In this document: one piece after another, positions 14,610 through 25,089 of the stretch
How positions within the stretch are numbered: the first letter of the stretch is position 1
Layout of the letters: the number at the start of each line of letters is the position of its first letter
DNA from: Paragordius varius
Lineage: Eukaryota; Animalia; Nematomorpha
Assembly: GCA_964247055.1 (NCBI GenBank)
Contig: OZ176056.1
Span: 4,092,001 to 4,156,000 of the forward strand
Reading direction: 5' to 3'
DNA: 64,000 nucleotides
Notes under the pieces: generated by a model
What the model saw: the letters and a program-made list of their open reading frames with translations, nothing else
The model's database searches: none
What the model was told of the DNA's origin: nothing
Program-made: the position numbers and the translations under genes

Positions 14610-15692
14610 ATGGTGAACGAGAATAATGATGAACCAATATACAGTAAAAACGATTTAGTCAAATTTACCCAAGCTTTGGATGTAATAAATGGGAAGCTTA
14701 TCATGTTGGAATCTATCTTTGCACAACAAGGCCGTGAAAAGGATCAAATTATTCATTGTCTTAAACATGAATTAAACATGGCTAACAACGTTTGCCAAAT
14801 CATTCAACATCATAATTTACTTCTTCTAGGTCACTTTATTCAAGTTCTCTTTTTCTGTCATCTGAACAAAAAACAGAGGATTGATAATGACAAAATTAAC
14901 CAGATTATACTATATAAAGATTTTAAACACTGTACCAGGGTTAACGTTCCGTTTTTAAATACTGATAGAGGGCAAACGGTTATAAAAACAACAAAAACCA
15001 ATCCATTCCTAGATCATAATGATTATAATTATGATGGTAATTATAATAATTCACACTTGTATGATTCTTTAAATGAAAGCTGTAATTTCTCTGATCAAAA
15101 AACGGAATCCGTAATATCTATCGATTCACATGAGAAATGTATCTCTATGTTAGGGTATCCTACTACTTGGACAGAAAATAATAGTAGTCACACCAATGTT
15201 ATAAAGAATTTCAAATACTACGGACAAAATATTTATGATGAGAACTGTTGCGTTGGTGATGATTACACCAAAGATAATATCGCATGGTATAAAAATCGTG
15301 AAGGAAAATTGGTTAAGCGCCTAAAATCATTCACAAATCGCAGGGGCCAACGATACGTTATAAATGTCGGGCGTACGGACTCTAAAAACAGCTTTGTAAA
15401 TAAGAGTCATATTCAAGGTTATAAGCCGGAGATTTCATATTACAAAAAGTTTTTACGGAACTCAAAATCGTTTAAAGACACACTTTTAGATGCAAAATTT
15501 GCCCATATACAGCAAGAAAATGAATCCCTAAATACTAAAAAATTGTATAATAAGGGAAATAAAAAAGATAGTTATATACTACACTCGAGTAATCCATTTC
15601 TTACTGAGCATTTAGACAATAAAAATATTAGTTCACTAGATTCTACAGCCATATATGTTATTTTTACAAAATTGGTTAATAAATTATTATAA
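14610..15692 (+). CDS. Hypothetical protein, 360-aa ORF (possibly with further splicing)
   Basis: A 1083-nt open frame is far longer than chance in this AT-rich DNA. Helical-looking N-terminus followed by an Asn/Lys/Ser-rich region. No family recognised. Confidence 0.55.
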   Translation: MVNENNDEPIYSKNDLVKFTQALDVINGKLIMLESIFAQQGREKDQIIHCLKHELNMANNVCQIIQHHNLLLLGHFIQVLFFCHLNKKQRIDNDKINQIILYKDFKHCTRVNVPFLNTDRGQTVIKTTKTNPFLDHNDYNYDGNYNNSHLYDSLNESCNFSDQKTESVISIDSHEKCISMLGYPTTWTENNSSHTNVIKNFKYYGQNIYDENCCVGDDYTKDNIAWYKNREGKLVKRLKSFTNRRGQRYVINVGRTDSKNSFVNKSHIQGYKPEISYYKKFLRNSKSFKDTLLDAKFAHIQQENESLNTKKLYNKGNKKDSYILHSSNPFLTEHLDNKNISSLDSTAIYVIFTKLVNKLL

Positions 15693-15926
15693 CTTTTATT
15701 TATGTGAATCATTTTAGATTTTCTAGTAGTACCGAGAGCACAGAAAAATTTGCATACATAATAAAATATGTATTCCCAAACTATATATTAATTTATTTTT
15801 TTTCTAGTACGGCGTGCACATTAAATAAATGACAATTATAATACTCTAAATAAAATATCATATATTAAATTTCTATTTCTATATAGTTACAAATTAAAAC
15901 ATATAATTTAGGTATTCTCTCTCTTT

Positions 15927-18900
15927 TTAAGCATGTGAAAGAATTCGAGACGTGGTCAGGGTCCCGGTTGTTGTTATAAGTGTACTTTCCAGCTCTCTAG
16001 AATTAGAGGTATCCTGTAGAAATGAATCAGAAACATAAGGTGTATGATCATTTTGTCTCGAATCTGTCTTGCTATTATTTCGATCTACGATTTTGTTCCT
16101 ATCAAAATTGGAGGTATTGTTTGAGTTGCTGGTATTGGATTTCAAACTGTTAGTTTCTAAAAAATGTCGATAAAATTGATTAAGTGAAGATAAAATCGTC
16201 TAGAATTATATTTATGAATCAAAAAGATTATGGTTTACCGCCAGTATTAGAAGTCGGATCAGCACCGCTACTAAATGGATGGAGAATCCAAGATATGGTA
16301 GATGATCCTAAATTTGTGTTATTAGCAGTTTCTTGAGACACATTTAGAGGAGTTGAACTGATATTATTTCGATTTTTCCCTTTCATTATACGATAGCTTT
16401 TTAAATCATTTTGTTGTTCCAATTGCTGATGGTTACTATTTTTGGCGCCTTTAGATTTGATTGTTTTCTTGTTAACGGGTTTGTCTACTTGCAAACAATT
16501 ATTTGTTTTACCATCTGCTTTATGACTTAGTTGCTTCTTTTGGATTTCATAACTGTGTTTATTTAAGTTGCTGCTTGCAAAATCTTCCTTGTGTTCAGGC
16601 AATCCTAATTATAATAATTTGGTAATTTTTATTATTATTTTTAAAAAATAGAACTTATAAAATTTAAGATTTAATTACCTAAAAAATTCCAGACTTTGTT
16701 GGAAAAATTGCTTTCTGTATCGCTATGCTGTTGTTCGTTTCTTTGACTTCTTCTTTTGGGTTGTTTATTTGAATCAGTTAAGGATAATGGCCAGGGTATT
16801 TGGAACCAACTTGAAGATCGGTTATCCTCAGACGTTTTGGGTTGTTTTGATTGCAAAGGGGTATTCGTTTTTTTGCGAGCTGCCGATTTTATAGCTGTTT
16901 TTTTAGCTGTTTTTATAATATCTTTGACAAAAGGTGAATCCTTCGCCATAATACCAGGTTTACCTTTTGTTGAACGGGTGGATTGTCGTATTTGACTGAC
17001 ACGGTTTGAAACATTCTTCGCTTTTGCCAACGTTGCTTTTTTACGTAAGTTAGATTTTGATTTGGATAAATTTTCTTTGCCAGATTTATGAGTTGCTCTC
17101 ATAGTATTTCCCGATATATTTTTAGGATGCTGTATATCTGGTTCTACATAATCATTATAGTAATTATAAATATCATTTAACATTTTCGTATCCTTATCAG
17201 ATGTTAACTTTCGTTTAGATTGACCAGATAAATTGTAACTTTTAGCAACTTTATGTTTTTTTACAAGCGGCCTTTTCTTTTTTAAAGCGGATTGATTCTT
17301 AACACTTTTAGTGTTCGATTTAATGAATCTTTTTGACAAAACTTTTGGCGATTGTTTCAGATTTGTTTTGCGTGTTGAACGTTTTTGGGAATTTTTCTCG
17401 TTGTCCGGTTGCACATAATCACTATAATAGTCATATATGTCGCTAAGCATTTTCGTATCCTTTGAAGATGAGGTCACGCGCTTCTTAGCCCTATTGGGTT
17501 TATCGTTAAAATCAGCACCATGAATTGCAATTCTATTACCAGTTTTTTTCACTCTGGACGAATGAGAACTTGTTAGATTGCGTTTAACATGATGCCTGGC
17601 CCTTGTTTTTTGGCTATTTACTTTCTTAGTACTCAATTTACGGGTTTGACTTCTCGAGGGTTTTTTATCCACTCTTTTGCGTTTAGTAGTAGAAGAGTGT
17701 TCATTAGATGCATGTATAGGTTTATGTCTGCCATTAGATTTCGTACGTCTTTGCAACCGTTTGACACTTTTCTGCTTGTATGATTTAATATTTGAAAACT
17801 TTGAACGTTGAGATCTGCGCTTGGTCTCTCCTTTTTGAGAAGTTACCATTCTTTTAACACCAAGCTTGTGAGATGAGTGTTTTAGCATATTACTCGGCTT
17901 CTTAGCCTTAACAGTCGTTTTTTCTTTTGTTTTAGAACGTGATTTATCATCCGGTTGAACGTATTCATCATAATAATTAGCTATATCATTCAACATTTTT
18001 AATGAATTAGTTGTTGTTTGCCTCTTAACATTCGTGGTATGCTTTGATGAATGGCCATATTTTTTAGGGAGAGATATTTGGGATCTTGTTCCCTCTCTAC
18101 GATTTTTTAAATTTCGGCCATGTTTTATTTCCTTTTTATGGCTGGGAAAACCCGTTTTTTCCTCAGAACTAACGTAATCATTATAATAATCAGCAATATT
18201 GTTCAACATATTTAAAGTAGATTTTGGATTTTGATTACTAACCGAAGTCTTGACACTCTTCCTATTTGATACGGATGGTGGCGATTTTATGACTTTATAA
18301 CGCTTATTAGATATTTTATTTTTATTATTTGAATAGCTAACAGGTTTTTTTAATTTAGAATGAACTCTTTTTAAACCTTTTTTACTAATTTTCCTTGAAT
18401 TCCCTTTTGTAAAATTTGACTTTTCATCCGCTTCAACATATTCATTATAAAAATCTGCCATACTGTTAAACATTTTGAGTGTTGAGGGAGAATTTGTCTT
18501 CAAACTACTATTTTTTTGATTTTTATGTGGAATTAATTTTTTGACAACTCTTTTCTTCACTTTAGACTTCTCATGTTGTAAAATTTTATGTGGCCCATGT
18601 CTTTTGGATACTCTCACACTGCGCGTTTCCAATTTTTTTGGATGAGAAAAATTTGATTCTTCATCTTTTTTAACGTAGTCATCGTAATAATCGGCGATAT
18701 GATTTAGCATATTAAGGGGTTCGCTTTTGTCCCCTATTTTAGTACTTATAGTGTTTGCCTTCCTCTTTTTAATATTATGAACAGCATTACTTTTTAGCGC
18801 TTTTATACGGTGTGATTTGTGCATAGTTTTAGATATGTTAGCTCTTTTAGATCGCCTCCCTTTATCAGATATTAATGTCGTAGGATGGTTTGAAGAAAAT

Positions 18901-21401
18901 TTTGATTTCATAGGAGTTACTTTACCATGCTTCACTTTACCACTATTTTCCTCCTCAGGACCAATGTATTCATTGTAATAATCAGCAATGTGATTTAGCA
19001 TATCAAGCGGTTTTTCTTTCTCCTGTGTTTTACCTATTTTTACCGGTGCCCTGCGTTTTTTGACACCTTGCGCATTTTTCGGATTATGTTTAGATGAATT
19101 TATATGATGGGATCTATGCGAAATTTTAGATGTTTTAGCTATCCTCCCTGCTTTCACAGGTTTTAATGCCCTAGAATGGGTTGAAGAATTTTTTGATTTG
19201 TTCGGGGTTTTTACTTTACTATGCATCGCATTACCATCCTTTTCCTCCTCAGGACCAATATATTCATTGTAATAATCGGCGATGTGATTTAGCATATCAA
19301 GCGGTTTTCCCCTTTCAGTTTTAGCTCTTTTAGCAGGTGTCGCACTGCGTTTTCCGACACTCAGTGCATGTCCTGGATTATGTTTGAATGATTTTATATG
19401 ACGAGGTCTATGCGCTATTTTTGATGTCTTAGCCCTGCTGCCTTTCACAGTTTTTATTGTCGTAAAATGTTTCGAAGATGATTTTTTCGGAAATTTCTCT
19501 TTACTATGTTCTTTATTACTACCATTTTCCTCCTCAGGGCCAACATACTTATTGTAATAATCAGCAATGTGATTTAGCATATCCAAAGGTTTTTCATCCT
19601 TTTTACTACTATGGTGTGTCAAAGGATTTTTGGTTGTAGCTAGTTTTTTAACTTTAGTTGACCGGATAGTTGAAACATTACGAGTTGCCTTACGTTTATT
19701 TCCAGTTGTATTTTTGATATTTTTATAACTTTTCTTTCCAATACTTTTACCAAGTACTACAGCTTTTTTCAAACTTTTAGAATGGGGATGATCATAATAA
19801 TCATAGATATCGTTTGCAAAACTTCCAATTTCATGATTTTTATAACCACTCAAAACTTTACTGGCAGGTCGATTTGCTCGAGTTATGCGAGTCGAAGATC
19901 TGGATGCCGACACAGCAGATTTTTGAGAATTTACGGTGGATGGGTTTTTGGGTTTTAAACGTTGATTTTTAAGCAAATTATTTCCTATAGCTTTGCCTCT
20001 GTGAGTTGTGGAATAATCATACATATCATTGCGGTATTCATTTATTGGAGTGGTAGTTTTTGCAAGTCGTTTATGCTTTTTAATTGTCCCCATTTTTACA
20101 TGACCACCCTTTGCTTTGTTACCCATGTTTAGTTTGTGATGGCCCTTGGTTTTTCCAGACATTTTAGCAGGTTTAGCCCTAGGCTTAGTCCTGATCAGAG
20201 ATCTTTTCGCAATAATCTTCCCTTTATGCGAATCAGCCGATGACGAGGAAGCTGTTGAATTACTTGACGATGAACTATGGCTCGAATAACTGCTGCTTGA
20301 ACTACTAGAAGATGATGATTTAGAGCGTTTAGATCTTTGCCTTTTTCTCCGGTTCTTGCTGGACGAATGGTGCGAAGAACTGCTACTATTTGAACTGGAG
20401 CTTGAAGTTCCTGAAGATGTACTTGAACTTGTTGTTGAAACACTACGGTGACGACTTCGGGTGGTTGAATTCGTTTTGTCAACTTGCTTCTTCTCCAATG
20501 ATACATTATTTTTATTGTTTTTAACGTTTTTATGGTGGCTAATCCTTGTGTTTGGATGTTCTCGATTGACTTTTGTTACACGCGATTTTGGGGACAAACG
20601 AGTTTTATAACTTGATTTTAATGCTTTTGGTTTCATCACATCTTAAATAAAAAGCATACATATAATTAAATAAAATGTCAATAAATAATATTATAAATTT
20701 TTTTTACCTGTTTTTTTGTTACGCATTACTTTCACAGGTGAAATTGGTAATGAATGCGTTTTTTTCTCTTTACCATACACATTCTTTTTAATAGGGTGTG
20801 ATTTTGCACTGATCCTTGCTGATGTTCTATTTGAAGGTGCACTAGCATTCATCCAATGTTGTATGCTTTCTTTATCTTTGTACAAACCATCGGTGTCGAA
20901 TGTTTTGCTTTGGTTAGGTTTTAGGTTTCCTGATGTATCGAATGTAATTGTTGCAATATTTAACGGTTTAACCACTTTAATATCAGCTGGTTTTCGATAT
21001 TGATCGAATCGTGAACTTAATATGCTCCGATGGGGTCGAGATCGTATGGTAGTTTTTGTAATGTTTGTAGTCTCTTCATTGTAAACAAACATACTACTCC
21101 TATTGCCAGTGGAAATATTTTCTCTCCTAGTTTCATCGGGGGATTGGAAGGTGCCAGAAAAGATTTGAGGCGTGTCATTAAACTCACTAATCTCAAAAAT
21201 TATTCCATTTCTTTGGGGTTTTTGTGTCGTCAACGATGAAGAACTTTTCACTAGTTTCATATCAGGATTATCCATATAATGTTGAGTGGTTGATCGAATC
21301 GGACTTTTTTTGCGTTTTATAGCAGATCTACGGACCAATTTGTGCAATGGTTTATTATTAGTGGAAAAGGGTAAAACCCTTGTTTTACTCCTTACCGTCA
21401 T
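15927..21401 (-). CDS. 1750-aa highly basic (K/R/H/S) repeat protein with recurring MLNxIADYYxxY motifs
   Basis: Exons 21401-20708, 20641-16679, 16604-16239, 16156-15927 join in frame via three phase-1 GT-AG introns (66, 74, 82 nt); 5253 nt in total. Exon 2 is a 3963-nt open frame. The true N-terminus (ATG 21401) is not certain. Confidence 0.85.
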
Positions 21402-23299
21402 ATTAACAAAATGTAATTATAATTGATTTAGGTTAAGTTAAGAGGATATAATTAGGTAAATTTACAACCGTAAAATCGGGGCGTATAAAAATATTTACAA
21501 GCAATCACATATAAAAATTAAATATAAACATCGATGAAAAAATTAATTGGAACGTTTTTTATTATATTGGATATATGCATATTTTTCTCGTTTATGTTTA
21601 TCGTAAAAAATAAATATTGGATTTCTCTCATGTATTTGTTATGTTTGTTGGCTTGAAATGTAGCTTTAATTTAAAGCTTTTATTTATATAACAACAAACC
21701 TAATTTTTACGACGGTATAATATACACTAAACTACGAAATATATATTTGCGCATATAAAATGCCATTTCATTACCAAGGATGTATATATATGTTATAAGC
21801 GCGACCTTTATTATACAACTTAAATTTGGCCGCAGGTACGAAAAGGAATTATTAAAGTTGCGTATTTTTTAAATCAAATTCTAGTAAATAAACTGCACAG
21901 CTTTGTTATATTGAATGAGAGATTAAAATTTAAATCCAATGACTGTTCTTTTTTGCCTAAAAAAACTAATAAAAAATATTTAATTTGGGCTTTTATTTTG
22001 GCAATGCTTTGGCCAAGCAGCTTTCTCATGATATACTGTATTATCAATGTTCAATTAATTTAATGACAAAAGGCATTTATTATTATAAAAACGAGAAAAT
22101 TTTTTTGTTTTTTTTTTGGTTTTAGGACATAATTTTTTATAAAATGACACGACATTTTGTTACTGCTCAAAATAAAAAAATTACAAATATCGTACATATT
22201 ATTATGGTCTTCCAAATGTTAGAATTATAGCTTTAATATTTTTAAAATTTTATAACTGACAACTTTTAAACTTCTGAAAAGTAAGGGTTTCTTACATAAG
22301 ATTTTAGATAGTGAAATAATGTAAAAACATTTTATATGATTCGATGATTCTGGTCATTATTTTAACCTCGGAATTTTAAAAAAAAATTTAGTAGTTTTGA
22401 ATTTCAATTAAATTTTTGTGAAAAATACAATTTATATTTAATTTAGATTTGTGACTAATTTTTTCTATGGGAAGATGTAAACGTTTAGCATACAAATATC
22501 CATTTTTTCGGAAACTCTTTTGACAATATTAACATAAAATTCAAATTTTATCGCGCAATCTTGGCTTTCGTTTATTTCGAGAAAACTAGTCTATAGAAGG
22601 ACGAAAATTATATATATATATATATATATATACTAAACAATGATTAAATATTTGGATATGGTCTGGGGAAATTCCTAAATTAAACAAACTGTTCGCATTT
22701 ATCTTCTGTTAGCCCTTAAAAGTTTAAATAAATTTCTAAAATTTAATTAATGGCAAAAGGCAAAAGCACCATGATAATCAAATAAAATTTCCTATCAGAA
22801 TATATATATTTTATCATAATTTTTTCCATCACTCTGATTTCGAACGCATTGTAAATGTAAATTTGCTGAAGTGATTAAATAAAAATATTTAATTAAAATA
22901 TAAAACATAGAATAAAAATTTTCTCTTTAACAGCAAAAAGAATGGCCGAGCCGCTTGGACAACCCGCTTTAGATAATAGTAGCCATAAAATTTAAAAAAT
23001 ATTGCCAATAATTATTATATTATTTCGATTTAATAAAATTAAAATTTATTGGATTTTTTTATTAACACTTCTTATCCAATTTTTTAAAGACGATACCATT
23101 TTGGGGTTTATACCACAGCGGTTCAAATATTTTAACTACTATTTTTGTATAATTTAATTATCAAACATTGTTGTTCTGTATATGACTGAATGATTATATA
23201 TATTCCTACTTCTAAAGTTTAAAATCAGGATGGATGCAAAACATAATTAAAACAAACAGCTGTTTTAAAATTTAATAATATACAACGCATTCATTTGAG

Positions 23300-23750
23300 T
23301 CGTTCCATTCAAATTGGGGTAGTTAGATACACCAGGCTTGTGTAAATAAATATTTCAAAAAATATGGAATAAATTAAACCATGGCAAAAGTTTGCACTTA
23401 TATAACATTAATGAAGCGGAATATAATAAAATAAGAGGTAATTGATAATACTTATTCAGGGATAAAACCGAAAGATTAAATTTAGTCAGGACGACGTGTG
23501 TGCATGCAAAATAAAAATGTCGTCTCCAAGTAGTTTAATACGGAACTTTTTTACAAAACTAAATTTTATTTAGATATTTTGGCTTATTTATATAATTTTA
23601 TTAGGATAGAAGCACTTCAATAGAAACCGCTTCTTAGAGTAGTTTTCTAACAATATCAATTAAATATTGCTTGGGATATTTAGATACCCCAATATGAATA
23701 TCAAATATTTGCTGGAAATTTGATTTTAAATGCTTTACACACTTGGTTAT
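23300..23750. mobile_element. MITE family A (piggyBac-like), degenerate copy
   Basis: Shares internal sequence (aaaccatggcaaaagtttgcacttatataacattaat; ggatagaagca) and the caaattggggta...gataccccaat subterminal inverted repeats with the copies at 44898-45446 and 53079-53548. Ends are approximate. Confidence 0.6.
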
Positions 23751-24567
23751 TTACATCTATAAACCATAATCTAAATTTATTTACCTTAACGGTAAAGGAA
23801 AGGAATGGCGAAGAAAACTATGATTGATTACAATTTGGCATTTATAAATATTTTTTAAGCGCGCACCTTGGCCTAAGATATCATTTTCAGCCCAAATATT
23901 TATAATTTAGTTATTTTAAAAGTCTTTGGAATAACCCAAAATGTAAAAATTGAATCCACAAGAATATAATTCGTTAAATAAATTTTGACATTTAATTAAT
24001 ACAGTATCCTTGAATCATATGTAGCTAATAAACTAATTCTATAATACATATATTTTATTAATTTCTAAAATATGGTTATAAACTATACCAAAAATTTATA
24101 GGTGTTATACCATAAAATATTTTAGAACGCCGCAAATAGTTATTTTGTCTCGAGGGCGATCTAAAATATAATACCGATCAAATTTCTATACCAGTTTGAC
24201 GCATTTGCAGATAATACTAAAAAAAGTACATTATACTTTAACAAATTGAGGGCCATAAAATAGCACTTTTACTGCAGGATACAGCCGGTGGGACGCGGTT
24301 AACTACCGCTGATATATAGCATAGTCACTTAAATTTTTTGGATGAAATTTTAATGCTCATTTGTGGGTTTAATATGGATACAAAATAGTAAAATAAAGAG
24401 ATATTGATCATTTCACTTCACAAATGAACAAAATAATTTTTAATAACATCCTAATACAAAAAATATTATGTGTCATATGGTATAGGTTTAACATATGATT
24501 CCATTTTAATGTTTGACATTTAAAGTCAAGTAAAAATAAATTTAAAGAATAGTGAAAAAACACTTTA

Positions 24568-25044
24568 ATGTTTTTTGCAAAGGTCAAAAATTTTATTTAT
24601 CTTTACAACCCAAATCTATTTTTGAGATATGCATGCACTAATATATCGAAATTGAAATTATCTCGTTTATGTTCCATTATTAGAACGAAAAAATTATATT
24701 TATTAATGAGTTTTAGTATACTCAATTTTAAAGACAATATTACCGACGAAGAATTTAAACAGTATTTTATATATTTAATCTAAGAAAATTATTTGAATTT
24801 TATAAAGTATTATGTCCAAATCCCATTAAACAGGTAAAGCCAAATTCATTTGACGAAAAAGAAGATTGGGAAACTATTTTGAACGATACAAATCTAAAAA
24901 TTTTTCGTAAAAGTCACGGAGTATTTTATAAATATAAAGGTTTAAATTTACATTATACATAGTTTATGGAACTTTTTCTGACATATCTTCCCTAGCCTTT
25001 TATTTTTCTCAGGTATAATTCTTATATAAAATTTATGGCTATAA

Positions 25045-25089
<45 letters not shown>

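Noticed and set aside
16756-21239. Plus-strand ORFs 16756-16995, 17589-17783, 20716-21003, 21030-21239 and minus alternate-frame ORF 20195-20506
   Set aside because: They are antisense or alternate-frame shadows of the long coding exons of the basic protein.
22925-23140. GC-richer islands (MAEPLGQPALDNSSHKI* on plus; short minus frames) between the basic gene and STARD7
   Set aside because: No consistent spliced model or homology. They may be UTR exons or promoter sequence.
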